Below, piece after piece: positions 39,788 to 50,184 of a stretch of DNA of 64,000 nt. Source of the stretch: Nitrosopumilaceae archaeon (GTDB taxonomy: Archaea; Thermoproteota; Nitrososphaeria; Nitrososphaerales; Nitrosopumilaceae). Every line of letters starts with the position of its first letter. Position 1 is the stretch's first letter. The translations under genes were made by a program, and so were the position numbers. Location: contig CBDBCR010000003.1 of the NCBI GenBank assembly GCA_965203465.1, forward strand, positions 448,001 through 512,000, in the 5' to 3' direction. The notes below the pieces were generated by a model. The model was not told where the DNA came from and made no database searches. It saw nothing but the letters and a program-made list of their open reading frames with translations.

Positions 39788-41425
39788 ATGGCTTCGATAC
39801 AACAGACGCCCAACGGCCCCGTCCTAGTCCTGAAGGAGAGCGCCCTCCAGCAAAAAGGGCGCGACGCCCAGGAGAACAACATCGCGGCGGCGAAGCTGGT
39901 CGCCGAGCTGGTCCGGACCAGCCTGGGCCCGCGCGGCCTGGACAAGATGCTCGTGGACTCGCTGGGCGACGTGACCATAACCAACGACGGCGCCACCATA
40001 CTCAAAGAGCTGGACGTGCAGCACCCGGCCGCAAAGATGATGGTCGAGATTTCAAAGACCATAGACAACGAGGTGGGCGACGGCACCACGTCCTCGGTGG
40101 TCTTCGCGGGGGCCCTGCTCGACAAGGCCAGCGATCTGCTCAAAAAGGACGTCCATTCGTCCGTGATCATAGAGGGGTACCAGCAGGCCGCCGCAAAGAC
40201 GCTCGAGATCATGGAACAGATGTCCAAAAAGGTAAAGCCCGACGACAAGGAATCCCTAGAGCAGGTCTCGACGACCAGCATGCAGTCTAAACTGGTCTCG
40301 GACGACAGCGACAAGCTGACCCCGGTGGTCGTAGACGCCGTGCTGGCCGTGGCTTCCAAGGACGGCGACGCCTACAGGGTGGACTTGGACAACCTGAAGG
40401 TGGAGAAAAAGTCGGGCGGCTCCATACAGGACACCCGCATGATAAAGGGCATAGTGCTCGACAAGGAGGTCGTCCATTCGGGCATGCCGACCAAGGTCGA
40501 AAAGGCCTCGATCGCCCTGCTCAACACGGCCCTCGAGGTCGAAAAGACCGAGGTCAGCGCCGAGATACGCATAACCGATCCCACCCAGATGCAGATGTTC
40601 CTAGAAGAGGAGAACCGCATGCTGAAGGACTTGGTGGACAAGATACGCGACGCGGGCGCCAACGTCGTCATTTGCCAAAAGGGCATAGACGACATAGCCC
40701 AGCACTACCTCGCAAAGGCCGGCATTTTGGCGGTGCGCCGCGTCAAGGAGAGCGACATGACAAAGCTGGCAAAGGCGACCGGCGGGCGCGTCTCGACCAA
40801 CGTCGACGACATCGCCGCCGACGACCTGGGCTCTGCGAACTTGGTCCACCAGAAAAAGGTGGAATCGGACAAGTGGGTCTTCGTCGAGGGCTGCAAGAAC
40901 CCCCAGTCGGTCAGCGTGCTGATACGCGGCGGCTCGCAGCGCGTCGTGGACGAAGTCGACCGCTCCATACACGACGCGCTCATGGTGGTAAAGGACGTGA
41001 TAGAAGAGCCGTCCATCGTGGCCGGCGGCGGCGCCCCCGAGGCGTACGTGGCGTCTAGGCTCAAAGAGTGGGCAGACACGTTCGACGGCAGGGAGCAGCT
41101 CGCCATAAAGAGGTACGCCGAGGCGCTCGAGGTCATACCGCTGACGATAGCCGAGAACGCCGGCATGGATCCCATAGACACCATGGCCAACCTGCGCGCC
41201 AAGCAGAGCCAGGGCAAGCAGTGGACGGGGATAGACGCGCGCAACACAAAGATAGCCGACATGCTCTCGATAAACGTGGTGGAGCCGCTGGCCGTAAAGG
41301 AGCAGATCATAAAGTCGGCCACCGAGACCGCCTCGATGGTGCTGCGCATCGACGACGTCATCGCCGTCTCGGGCGCGCCCGGCGAAAAGGGCTCCTCGCC
41401 CCCCCCGCCTCCGGGCGGAATGTAG
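39788..41425 (+). CDS. Thermosome (group II chaperonin) subunit
   Basis: SLGPRGLDKM, ITNDGATIL, GDGTT and LRIDDVI. Confidence 0.97.
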   Translation: MASIQQTPNGPVLVLKESALQQKGRDAQENNIAAAKLVAELVRTSLGPRGLDKMLVDSLGDVTITNDGATILKELDVQHPAAKMMVEISKTIDNEVGDGTTSSVVFAGALLDKASDLLKKDVHSSVIIEGYQQAAAKTLEIMEQMSKKVKPDDKESLEQVSTTSMQSKLVSDDSDKLTPVVVDAVLAVASKDGDAYRVDLDNLKVEKKSGGSIQDTRMIKGIVLDKEVVHSGMPTKVEKASIALLNTALEVEKTEVSAEIRITDPTQMQMFLEEENRMLKDLVDKIRDAGANVVICQKGIDDIAQHYLAKAGILAVRRVKESDMTKLAKATGGRVSTNVDDIAADDLGSANLVHQKKVESDKWVFVEGCKNPQSVSVLIRGGSQRVVDEVDRSIHDALMVVKDVIEEPSIVAGGGAPEAYVASRLKEWADTFDGREQLAIKRYAEALEVIPLTIAENAGMDPIDTMANLRAKQSQGKQWTGIDARNTKIADMLSINVVEPLAVKEQIIKSATETASMVLRIDDVIAVSGAPGEKGSSPPPPPGGM

Positions 41426-41428
41426 GCC

Positions 41429-42286
41429 GTGGACTCGATCGGCATAGATCTTGGCGGCACAAAGATAGAGGCCGTCCGCGCGGACGGCTCGCGCGTCGTG
41501 TCCAAAAAGCGCGTGCCCACCCCGCGCAGATACGAAAAGATAGTCTCGGCCGTGGCCGGCCTGGCGGCGGAGCTCGGTCCCGGGTGCCCCGTAGGCGTGG
41601 CCGCCCCGGGCGCCGAGCGCGGCGGCCTCGTCCGCCTCAGCAACACCGGGTGCCTGGAGGGCATGCCCCTGCGCGCCGACCTGGAGGCCGCCGTCGGCTC
41701 CAGGATAGCCATGGAAAACGACGCCAACTGCTTTGCGCTGGCCGAGGCGCGCGCCGGCGCCGGCGCCGGGTACGGCAGGGTCTTCGGCGTCATAATGGGC
41801 ACCGGCGTCGGAGGCGGCATAGTCGAGGGCGGGCGCATACAGCGCGGCGCCTCGGGGTCCGCCGGCGAGTGGGGCCACCACGCGCTGCACAGCGGCGGCC
41901 TCGAGTGCTACTGCGGCAGGCGCGGGTGCGCCGAAGCTTACCTGAGCGGGCCGGCCCTGGAGCGCGCCTGGACGGGCCGCCCCGCCCCGCTGAAGCAGTT
42001 GTGCGCCATGGAGGGCCCCGAGGCGGACGCGTGGCGGCGCAGGTTCGTCGAGGACTTTGGCGAGGGCCTGGCCAACGCCGTGTCCATACTGGATCCGGAC
42101 GTGGTGGTGCTCGGCGGCGGCGTCTCCAACGCGCCGTTCCTGTACTCGGAGGGCCAGAGCGCCGCGCACGCCCGCCTGCCCGAGGGCGCGAGGCCCCCGG
42201 TGCTCCAGAACATGCTGGGGGATTCCGCGGGCTCGCTCGGCGCGTGCATGCTACTGGGGCTCGATGGTGGCCGGCGGCTTGCTTGA
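41429..42286 (+). CDS. ROK family sugar kinase
   Basis: GIDLGGT, ENDANC, GTGVGGG, GEWGH and CYCGRRGC. Confidence 0.93.
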   Translation: MDSIGIDLGGTKIEAVRADGSRVVSKKRVPTPRRYEKIVSAVAGLAAELGPGCPVGVAAPGAERGGLVRLSNTGCLEGMPLRADLEAAVGSRIAMENDANCFALAEARAGAGAGYGRVFGVIMGTGVGGGIVEGGRIQRGASGSAGEWGHHALHSGGLECYCGRRGCAEAYLSGPALERAWTGRPAPLKQLCAMEGPEADAWRRRFVEDFGEGLANAVSILDPDVVVLGGGVSNAPFLYSEGQSAAHARLPEGARPPVLQNMLGDSAGSLGACMLLGLDGGRRLA

Positions 42287-43774
42287 CACCGCGTAAGAGA
42301 CCCACGTGACCTCCTCTATCTCGTTGGTTATGCGGGTGCTTATCCGTTCCAGCTCGCCGTGCGAGAGGCGCGTCCAGTCGGCCGTCATGGCGTCGTCCGA
42401 ATCGACGGCCCTGACGGTCACGACGCGGCCGTAGCGGCGCCGGTCGCCCACCACGCCGACGGCCCTGTCGTCGCCGACCGACGCGTACGCCTGCCATATC
42501 CTCCGGTACGAGCCGCTCGAGCGCAGCTCCTGCTCCACTATGAGGCTGGCGGCCCTGCATATGCGCAGCTTTTCGGGCGTGACCTCGCCCATGATGCGCA
42601 CCGCCAAGCCGGGCCCTGGGAACGGGTGCCTATCGAGCGCCTCGTCGGGTATCCCCAGTATCCGCCCTATCCGCCTGACCTCGTCCTTGTACAGCTCGCG
42701 CAGCGGCTCGAGCACCTTGAGGCCCAGCTTTTCGGGCAGCCCGCCGACGTTGTGGTGGGACTTTATCACGTCGGCCGGCCCGCCCGACACCCCGCTCTCT
42801 ATCACGTCGGGGTACAGCGTGCCCTGCGCCAGCCACTCGAACGGGCCCGACTCCGCCGCGCGCTCGACGAAGACCTTTGCGAACTCGTCGCCGACTATCC
42901 TGCGCTTCTCCTCCGGGTCCCCCACGCCCTCCAGCCTAGAGAGGAACCGCGCGCCCGCGTCCACGCGCTCGACCTCTATGCCCAGGTCGGCGAACATGGC
43001 CTGCACCTCGCCGGCCTCGCCCTCGCGCAGCAGGCCGTTGTCTATGAAGACGCAGCGCAGGCGCTCGCCGGCGGCGCGGTGCAGCAGCACGGCCGCCACC
43101 GTGGAATCCACGCCGCCGCTGACCCCGCACAGTATGCGGCCCTCCGCCGAGGCGAGCCTCTTTTGGGACTCCGCGACGAACCCCTCCATCGTCCAGTCCT
43201 TGGACGCGCCGCATATGCCCAGCGCAAAGTTGGACAGTATCCTGGAGCCGTTTTCGGTGTGGGCCACCTCGGGGTGGAACTGTATTCCGTACACCCGGGA
43301 GCCGGGCATCTCTATGGCCGCCGAGCCGGAGCCCTCGGTGCGCCCCACGGTCCGGAACCCGTCCGGCACCTTTTCGGCCGCGTCGCCGTGGCTCATCCAC
43401 GCCCTCACCGATCCGCCCATGCCGGCGAGCAGGTCCGAGCCGCCGTCTATGGAGAGTATGGACGAGCCGTACTCTTTCCTGGCTCTCTTTACCGTCCCGC
43501 CGTACCTGTCCACGATGAGCTGGTGGCCGTAGCATATTCCCAGCACTGGCAGGCCCGCCTCGAAGACGCCCCCGTCGGGCCGCGGCGCGCCGTCCTCGTA
43601 CACGCTGGCCGGCCCGCCCGACAGCACGATGCCGCGCGTGCCCGGCGATGCCACCTCGGAGGCCGGCGCGTCGTGCCGGACGAGGTCGGCGCACACGCCC
43701 ATCTCCCTTATCCTCCTGCATATGAGGTGGCTGTACTGGGATCCAAAGTCCAGCACGGCTATGCGGTCGGTCAC
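42251..43774 (-). CDS. guaA: GMP synthase (glutamine-hydrolysing)
   Basis: LDFGSQY, GICYG, QFHPEV, SGGVDS, IKSHHN and KPPATIE. Confidence 0.97.
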   Translation of the reverse strand: MTDRIAVLDFGSQYSHLICRRIREMGVCADLVRHDAPASEVASPGTRGIVLSGGPASVYEDGAPRPDGGVFEAGLPVLGICYGHQLIVDRYGGTVKRARKEYGSSILSIDGGSDLLAGMGGSVRAWMSHGDAAEKVPDGFRTVGRTEGSGSAAIEMPGSRVYGIQFHPEVAHTENGSRILSNFALGICGASKDWTMEGFVAESQKRLASAEGRILCGVSGGVDSTVAAVLLHRAAGERLRCVFIDNGLLREGEAGEVQAMFADLGIEVERVDAGARFLSRLEGVGDPEEKRRIVGDEFAKVFVERAAESGPFEWLAQGTLYPDVIESGVSGGPADVIKSHHNVGGLPEKLGLKVLEPLRELYKDEVRRIGRILGIPDEALDRHPFPGPGLAVRIMGEVTPEKLRICRAASLIVEQELRSSGSYRRIWQAYASVGDDRAVGVVGDRRRYGRVVTVRAVDSDDAMTADWTRLSHGELERISTRITNEIEEVTWVSYAVSSKPPATIEPQ

Positions 43775-44361
43775 TCGGCGGCCCTCTCCAGCATCCTGTT
43801 GAGCGACCACTCCGCGGTGTTTATTATCTCGCGCACGCGCGAGGCGTCCCGGTACCCCGTTACCGTGATGCCCCTCAGCTGCCGCCCGTCGGCGAGCACG
43901 GAGCAGTCGATGGGCTCCAGCCCGTCCTCGAGGTCCTTTTTGCGCATGCCGCCTATCACCTTGCCCACGAAGAACGACTTTAGCGGCGGCGTGTCCGCAT
44001 CAAGGCTCACCTGGCCGTCCAGCGTTATCGATATGCTGCCGGGCCGCACCGCCGCGCTGCCTATCTCTGACTGCCTCTGCTTCCAGACCAGCTTTACGAT
44101 CTCGGGCTCCGGGCCGGCCTCTTGCGCAGGTTCTGCCTCTTCCGGTCCGGCCTCTTCCGGTTCCGCCCGGCCGGCCCCGCGCTCTACAGGCTTCGAGGGG
44201 GGCAGCGACGAGGCTTTTGTAAAGCTGGACTGCCGCAGTATGTCGTCCAGGACGGCGGCCTCCCTTTCCAGCGCGTTCAGCTCTTCCTGGCACTTTTCCA
44301 TCCTGCCGGCGATTCGCTCCTTTATAGCCAGCACGTCGCGCAACTGCTCTTCGGACAGCAC
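43771..44361 (-). CDS. Hypothetical protein (coiled-coil N-terminus)
   Basis: GTGA overlap with guaA; TATA at about 44386. Confidence 0.75.
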   Translation of the reverse strand: MLSEEQLRDVLAIKERIAGRMEKCQEELNALEREAAVLDDILRQSSFTKASSLPPSKPVERGAGRAEPEEAGPEEAEPAQEAGPEPEIVKLVWKQRQSEIGSAAVRPGSISITLDGQVSLDADTPPLKSFFVGKVIGGMRKKDLEDGLEPIDCSVLADGRQLRGITVTGYRDASRVREIINTAEWSLNRMLERAAE

Positions 44362-44610
44362 GGCGCGCCCCGCCCGCGCTGGGCATTAAAGGTATGGTAG
44401 GGCCACGGTCCGGTTCTCTGGCGACGGCATGCATCGTACGGCACCAAGCGCACCGATGGCGCGAAAAATCGCCAGCCGCGGTCTGGATAGCTGAGATTGC
44501 CGAGCCCTGCCACGGGCGTGGCTGGCCTGCCCGGCGCAGCGTCGGCCGCGCCGCCATCTGGCCCGATCCCCGCCGCAGGGAATAAATAGTAGTCTCCGTA
44601 CCTCCCCCTC

Positions 44611-44826
44611 GTGCATCCGATCAGAGTCAAGGTAGAAAAGAAGGAGGGTGGATTCATCGCCCAGTGTTTGGACAATCCCGCCATCATAGTGACGGGCGCC
44701 AGCAAGGCCGGCATACGAAAGAACCTAAATGCCGCCATCACAGGATACGTTTACGCGTTCCCCGAAGACAAGAACGAGTTTTTCCAAGACGGCAAAATGC
44801 GCAAGGTGGACTTGCTTGAAGCCTAA
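44611..44826 (+). CDS. hicB: HicB-like antitoxin (no DNA-binding domain)
   Basis: VEKKEGGFIAQC...IIVTGAS...NLNAAI pattern of the HicB partial RNase H fold. Confidence 0.72.
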   Translation: MHPIRVKVEKKEGGFIAQCLDNPAIIVTGASKAGIRKNLNAAITGYVYAFPEDKNEFFQDGKMRKVDLLEA

Positions 44827-45052
44827 TTGGCACCATTTCAAGCAGGTTCTGGAGATACTGGGATACACGCAATCCAATACCGACTCCGACGGATACCTTT
44901 ATTTCGCGCATCCGGACATGGGCAAGGTAATGATCGAAAAACACAATCGAATGCCCGAAGATAAGACGAGCAAGTATCTGCGCGTCATGAAACTCCCCCA
45001 CCCGTACTTTGAGCCCATTTACAAAAAGTGCAAAAAGACGCCCGCATCGTAG
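44816..45052 (+). CDS. hicA: HicA-like toxin
   Basis: About 78 aa, basic; VLEILGY...LYFAHPD...VMIEKH dsRBD-like pattern; overlaps hicB. Confidence 0.6.
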   Translation: MKPNWHHFKQVLEILGYTQSNTDSDGYLYFAHPDMGKVMIEKHNRMPEDKTSKYLRVMKLPHPYFEPIYKKCKKTPAS

Positions 45053-45172
45053 CGCCGTTCTGCGTATGTGCGGATCCGCCGCCAAGTCCCGCATTTGGGC
45101 GCGCGCTTCGCCGGCCCGGGCGCTCGCGTTCCGGATCGGCGCCGTCCGCCCCACAGGCTTGCGGCTTCGCGC

Positions 45173-45901
45173 CTAGCCCAGCCCCAGGTACATGCGGCCC
45201 AAGTCCGGCTCGGCCAGCAGCGCGTCGGGCTTGCCGTCGAATACGTTCTTGCCGTTGGCCAGCAGGTACACCGTGTCGCCCATCGACAGGGCGCGCTTTA
45301 CGTTCTGCTCTACCAGGATGCACGTGATCCCCATCTCGTCGCGTATCTGGCCTATCTTTGTCAGCACGTCGTCCGCCAGCTTTGGCGAGAGGCTCGCGGT
45401 CGGCTCGTCGAACAGCATTATGGTCGGCTTGCGGACCAGCGCCATGCCCATGCCGAGCATCTGCCTCTGCCCGCCGCTGAGCGTCATGGCCTTTGCCCCC
45501 CGCTTCTCGCGCAGCACGGGCAGCGACTCCATGGCGTCCGATATGCGCTCGGCGGTGTCGTGCGAATCGAGCATGTAGCTGGCCATGATCAGGTTCTCCA
45601 TGACGGTCAGGTTGCCGAAGACGTTGTTGGTCTGAGGCAGGTAGGCTATCTTTTTGCGCGCGATGTCGTGGGGCGCCATGTGCGTCAGCTCCTCGCCGCC
45701 GGCGCGTATGCTCCCCGAGTACACCGTGCACAGGCCGAAGAGGCTCTTGAGCAGGGTGCTCTTGCCCGAGCCGTTGGGCCCTATGATGAGGGTGAGCTCG
45801 CGCTCGCGCGCCTCAAAGTCGACCCCGAACAGTATGTGCGCGTGGCCGTACCCCGCGTGCAGGTCGCTCGTCTGTACCACCGATCCGGCCAACCTAACCA
45901 C
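45173..45901 (-). CDS. livF: Branched-chain amino acid ABC transporter ATPase LivF
   Basis: GPNGSGKS, LSGGQRQM, DEP and LVEQN. Confidence 0.92.
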   Translation of the reverse strand: MVRLAGSVVQTSDLHAGYGHAHILFGVDFEARERELTLIIGPNGSGKSTLLKSLFGLCTVYSGSIRAGGEELTHMAPHDIARKKIAYLPQTNNVFGNLTVMENLIMASYMLDSHDTAERISDAMESLPVLREKRGAKAMTLSGGQRQMLGMGMALVRKPTIMLFDEPTASLSPKLADDVLTKIGQIRDEMGITCILVEQNVKRALSMGDTVYLLANGKNVFDGKPDALLAEPDLGRMYLGLG

Positions 45902-46649
45902 CCAGGTACGACTCGACCACCCGCGGATCCTTGGTGACCTCGTCGGGCGTCCCCGACGCGATGATGCGCCCCACGTCCATCGCGAAGACCTGCTCTACGT
46001 ACTGCAGGGCGATGTCGAGCCGGTGCTCCACTATCAGGAACGTGAGGCCCTGCTCCCTGCATATGCTGGTTATCTTGTCGAATATGGCGTGCGCCAGCGT
46101 CGGGTTCACGCCGGCTATGGGCTCGTCCATCAGTATGACGCGCGCGCCGGACATCATCACGCGCCCCAGCTCGAGCAGTTTTTGCTGCCCGCCGCTCAGG
46201 TCCTGGCTCTCGACCTCGCGCTTTTCGGCCAGCGTCGTCATGTCCATCATGGCCTTGGCCCTGTCCATGACGCGCCTCTCGTCGGCGGCCCACCGCGACT
46301 TTACCGGCGCGTACAGGAACTGCTCGCCCGAGTTGCACGCGCCGGCTGCCAGCATGTTCTCGCCGGTGTTCATCGTGGAGAACGGCTTGGGTATCTGCCA
46401 CGTCCTAGCCAAGCCCAGCCTGTACGTCTCGTACAGGCCCATCCTGGAGATGTCGGTCCCCTCGAAAGTCACGGTTCCCGCGTCGGGCGGGTACATGCCC
46501 GATATGACGTTGATGAGCGTGGTCTTGCCGCACCCGTTGGGCCCTATCAGCTGGTATATGCGGCCCTCCTTTATCTCCATGTCTATCCCCTTTAGGACCT
46601 CGTTGCCCCCAAAGTGCTTCTCGACGCCGGATACCTGCAGAATCCCCAA
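45894..46649 (-). CDS. livG: Branched-chain amino acid ABC transporter ATPase LivG
   Basis: GPNGCGKT, LSGGQQK, DEPIAG, VEH and VVESYLG. Confidence 0.92.
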   Translation of the reverse strand: MGILQVSGVEKHFGGNEVLKGIDMEIKEGRIYQLIGPNGCGKTTLINVISGMYPPDAGTVTFEGTDISRMGLYETYRLGLARTWQIPKPFSTMNTGENMLAAGACNSGEQFLYAPVKSRWAADERRVMDRAKAMMDMTTLAEKREVESQDLSGGQQKLLELGRVMMSGARVILMDEPIAGVNPTLAHAIFDKITSICREQGLTFLIVEHRLDIALQYVEQVFAMDVGRIIASGTPDEVTKDPRVVESYLGG

Positions 46650-46703
46650 ACACGGGTTGGGGCCGCCAAAAAGTATTTAAGCATTTATCCGCGCCCGTCC
46701 GCG

Positions 46704-47627
46704 GTGCAGATAGACCCCATATTCTCAGACGCCCTCATATTCAGCAGCCTGCTGGCCCTCCTCTGCATAGGCCTGACGCTGACGTACCTGACCACGCGCG
46801 TGCCCAACTTCGCGCACGCGTCGTTCGCCACCATCGGGATATACATGGCCCTCGTGGCCTCGCGCGTCTGGGAGACGAGCCCGTACGTGGCGCTGCCCAT
46901 AGCGTTCGCCATAGCCGGCGCGGCGGCCCTGGCCCTGTACACGTTCATACTGAAGCCGCTCATACGCAAGGGCGCCTCGTTCGCCATACAGATGATAGCC
47001 ACGCTGGCCTTCGACCTGATACTGATAGCGGTGCTCAACATATTCGCCGACTATATCGTCAGGACGTTCCAAGTCACGTCCAGGGAATTCACGCTGCGCA
47101 GCTACGACGCGCAGGTGTTCGACATGCCGCTGCTGGTCATAGCGGCGCCGGCCGCCATCGGAATTCTGGCGCTGAGCCTCCACGTGATACTGAAAAAGAC
47201 AAAGTTCGGCATAGCCATGAGGGCCTCTACCGAGAACCCCGACCTGGCAGAGACGGTCGGCATCAACGTAAAGATGGTCTACGGGGTCTCGTGGGTGCTG
47301 GGCGGCGGCCTGGCGGGCGTCGCCGGCGCCCTCATGGCGCTGTGGTTCCAGGGCGATCCCAACTTCGGGCCGCAGGTGATACCGAGCGTCTTCGCGGCCA
47401 GCATAGTGGGCGGGTTCTTCAGCATCTACGGGGCGATCGCCGGGGGGATACTGGTCGGCATGACCGAGGTGCTCGGCACGCGCTTCCTCGCCGGCGAGTT
47501 CGGCGCGTGGATGGTGGCCTACAGGCCCCTCATACCGCTGATCTTCATAGCCGTGACGCTGCTGCTGGCCCCGCAGGGCCTGGCCGGCGTGGCGTGGGGC
47601 CGCCTGCTCAGGCGGGGGGCGAGCTGA
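46704..47627 (+). CDS. livH: Branched-chain amino acid ABC permease LivH
   Basis: GLTLTY...PNFAH, KTKFGIAMRA and PQGL. Confidence 0.9.
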   Translation: MQIDPIFSDALIFSSLLALLCIGLTLTYLTTRVPNFAHASFATIGIYMALVASRVWETSPYVALPIAFAIAGAAALALYTFILKPLIRKGASFAIQMIATLAFDLILIAVLNIFADYIVRTFQVTSREFTLRSYDAQVFDMPLLVIAAPAAIGILALSLHVILKKTKFGIAMRASTENPDLAETVGINVKMVYGVSWVLGGGLAGVAGALMALWFQGDPNFGPQVIPSVFAASIVGGFFSIYGAIAGGILVGMTEVLGTRFLAGEFGAWMVAYRPLIPLIFIAVTLLLAPQGLAGVAWGRLLRRGAS

Positions 47628-47628
47628 G

Positions 47629-48753
47629 ATGGCCCTGGAGTCCTTTTTCATATTCGCGACGGACCTGATGGCCATATTCGCGGTCTATGCCATCGTGAAC
47701 CTGAGCCTCAACATGGAGTTCGGGTACGGCGGCGTGCCCAACTTCGGCAAGGTGCTGGCAGTCGGCGCCGGCGCCTTCGTGGTCGCCGCCGTCCCCGGCA
47801 GGATATTCGCCTCGATGGCCGGCGTGGGCGGCGACTATATCGGCGACAACCTGGCCATAATATCGCAGGTCAACGTGTGGCTGGCAGACAACGTCGGCAT
47901 AGGCTTCGCCGTGTTCTTCCTGACCCTCGGCATAGCGGCCGCCGTGGGCGGCGCGCTCGGCTGGCTGACCTCGTACCCGGCCATACGCCTGCGCGGCGAC
48001 TATCTTGCCATCACGCTGCTGGCCTTCGGCGAGGGCATACGCATAATCGGCAACAACTTCGTGCCCATAGCCGGCGGCACGCTGGGCGTCGAGGTGCCCG
48101 ACCCCCTCTCGTTTTTGCCGGACGGCCTGCGCTTCCCCGTGGCCACCCTCGGGCTGGTGCTCATCGCCATCGCCGTGTTCGCCTACAGCGAAAAGATGGT
48201 GCGCTCGCCGCTGGGCAGGCTGCTGCGCGCGGTGCGCGACAACGAGATAGCCGCCGAGGCGGTCGGCAAGGACACGGCCCGCATCCGCATGAAGGTGATC
48301 ATAGTCTCGGCCGCGCTGGCGGCCATCGGCGGGGCGCTGTACTCTTTCTACGTGGGCAGCACCATAGCGTTCGCCTACGACCGGGCCAGCTGGACTTTCT
48401 GGCCGTTTTTGATGATACTGATAGGGGGGCTGGCCAACAACAAGGGGGTGCTGGTCGGCACGTTCATCTTCGTCATCGTGCGGAAACTGATCACCTTCTT
48501 CAAGGATTCGTTCGAGGGGTTCCTCCCGTTCGACGTGGTGTGGCTGGACTTTCTGCTGCTCGGGGCCATACTGCTGGCCGTGCTGCTGTACAGGCCGCAG
48601 GGGATACTGGTCGAGAGGCCCACTCCCACGATACCCTTCCTCGAGTCCGGTGTCGGGCCCGGGCGGGCCGGCGCGTTCTGGTCGCCCGACGCGCCGCTGC
48701 CCCCCGACGCGCCGCCGGCGCGCAGGGCGCTGGGCGTCTTTTACAGGCCCTAG
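47629..48753 (+). CDS. livM: Branched-chain amino acid ABC permease LivM
   Basis: RLRGDYLAITLLAFGE, SPLGRLLRAVRDNE and RPQGI. Confidence 0.9.
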   Translation: MALESFFIFATDLMAIFAVYAIVNLSLNMEFGYGGVPNFGKVLAVGAGAFVVAAVPGRIFASMAGVGGDYIGDNLAIISQVNVWLADNVGIGFAVFFLTLGIAAAVGGALGWLTSYPAIRLRGDYLAITLLAFGEGIRIIGNNFVPIAGGTLGVEVPDPLSFLPDGLRFPVATLGLVLIAIAVFAYSEKMVRSPLGRLLRAVRDNEIAAEAVGKDTARIRMKVIIVSAALAAIGGALYSFYVGSTIAFAYDRASWTFWPFLMILIGGLANNKGVLVGTFIFVIVRKLITFFKDSFEGFLPFDVVWLDFLLLGAILLAVLLYRPQGILVERPTPTIPFLESGVGPGRAGAFWSPDAPLPPDAPPARRALGVFYRP

Positions 48754-48763
48754 CCGGCGCGCG

Positions 48764-49702
48764 CTAGGGCCTCAGGCCCGAGTCGACCATCAGGGCTACG
48801 AACAGCACGGCCAGGTACGGGCTCGAAAACTTGAACAGCACCCACGAGGCCTTTTCGGTGGGCCTGGCCGCCACCCAGCCGGACAGCGCGACCATCAGCG
48901 CCCCCGAGGCCGCCGCGGTCCACAGGTACACGGGCCCGACCATGGGCAGCCCGTCCGGGCCCGCCGCCAGCAGGGCCGGCGCGAGGCTGAAAGCCACCAT
49001 GGCCACGGTGGCCGCGGCCACGATGCGCGCCGAGGCCTGCTCGGTCTGCACCGACGTCAGCATGGGCACGCCCACCCGGTTGTAGTCTTCGCGGAAGTGC
49101 AGCGTCAGGCTCCATATGTGCAGCGGGATCCAGACGAAGACGAGGCCCGCCATGACGAGGCCCATCGTCCACAGATCCGAAAGCGTGGCCGCGGCCCAGC
49201 CTATCAGCGGCGGCGAGCCCCCGCACAGCCCGCCCAGCAGGATGTTGGACTGCGAGCGGCGCTTCAGGGCGTAAGAGTACACCAGCACGTTGTTGGCGAG
49301 GCCGAACGCGATGAAGCCGGTCGCCGCCAGGCCCTGCTCGAATCCGGCCGTGTGCGATATGCCGTAGGCGAGCACGAGCGATGCGCCGGCGAGGACGAGG
49401 CCGAAGTTGCGCGCCTTTGTCGCCGGGCTTATGCGGCCGGACGGGAGCGGCCTGCCCTTGGTCCTCTCCATCACCGCGTCGATGTCGCGGTCGTGGTAGT
49501 TTGTCAGCGTGTTGGCGGCGGCCGAGCCGGCCGCGACCGAGAGCAGCACCAGCACCCAGGTGGCCGGCGAGACCTCGACGTCGTATATCTGCGAGGCCGT
49601 CAGCGTGGCCGCGAGCGCGGTGAACACCAAAAGGTACCATATCTTGGGCTTTGTGAGCTCGTAGTACACGGCCAGCCGGGGCCTCGACCTCTGCTCCTGC
49701 AT
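48764..49702 (-). CDS. cyoE: Heme o synthase (protoheme IX farnesyltransferase)
   Basis: ELTKPKI, DRDIDAVMERTKGRPLP and EDYNRVGVPML. Confidence 0.95.
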   Translation of the reverse strand: MQEQRSRPRLAVYYELTKPKIWYLLVFTALAATLTASQIYDVEVSPATWVLVLLSVAAGSAAANTLTNYHDRDIDAVMERTKGRPLPSGRISPATKARNFGLVLAGASLVLAYGISHTAGFEQGLAATGFIAFGLANNVLVYSYALKRRSQSNILLGGLCGGSPPLIGWAAATLSDLWTMGLVMAGLVFVWIPLHIWSLTLHFREDYNRVGVPMLTSVQTEQASARIVAAATVAMVAFSLAPALLAAGPDGLPMVGPVYLWTAAASGALMVALSGWVAARPTEKASWVLFKFSSPYLAVLFVALMVDSGLRP

Positions 49703-50176
49703 CTAGTCGGCACCCGCCTGCAGCACGTCCTTGCGGTGTGTCTTCATCTCGACAAAGCTCTCCGAGGAGAGTATGCCCTCTATCCGGCCTATCTTTTCCG
49801 AGACGAGCACGTGCATCTCGTCCAGGTTCCTAGCGTAGATCGTAATCAGTATGTCGAAGCGGCCCGTCACCTCGGCTATCTCGCCGACGCCCGGCGTCGA
49901 AAAGAGCTCCTTGAGGATGCCGTCGCGCTTGCGCGAGTCCATCTTTACGCCCATTATCGACTTTACATCGTAGCCCAGGCGCGCGTGGTTGACCACCACG
50001 GTGAACTTTTCGATCAGCCCGTTGCCGACCATCCGGTCTATGCGCGAGTATATCCGGGAGGGCTTTTCGCCCAGCTGCTCGGCCAGCTTTGGCACCGAGA
50101 CGCGCGAGTTGCGCGCCAGCTCCGCTAGCACGGCCTCGTCGAGCCTGTCCACGGCGCGCAAGGCCCCCCTAGGCAT
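49703..50176 (-). CDS. Lrp/AsnC family transcriptional regulator
   Basis: N-terminal HTH and EVTGRFD RAM domain. Confidence 0.92.
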   Translation of the reverse strand: MPRGALRAVDRLDEAVLAELARNSRVSVPKLAEQLGEKPSRIYSRIDRMVGNGLIEKFTVVVNHARLGYDVKSIMGVKMDSRKRDGILKELFSTPGVGEIAEVTGRFDILITIYARNLDEMHVLVSEKIGRIEGILSSESFVEMKTHRKDVLQAGAD

Positions 50177-50184
50177 TATAAACG

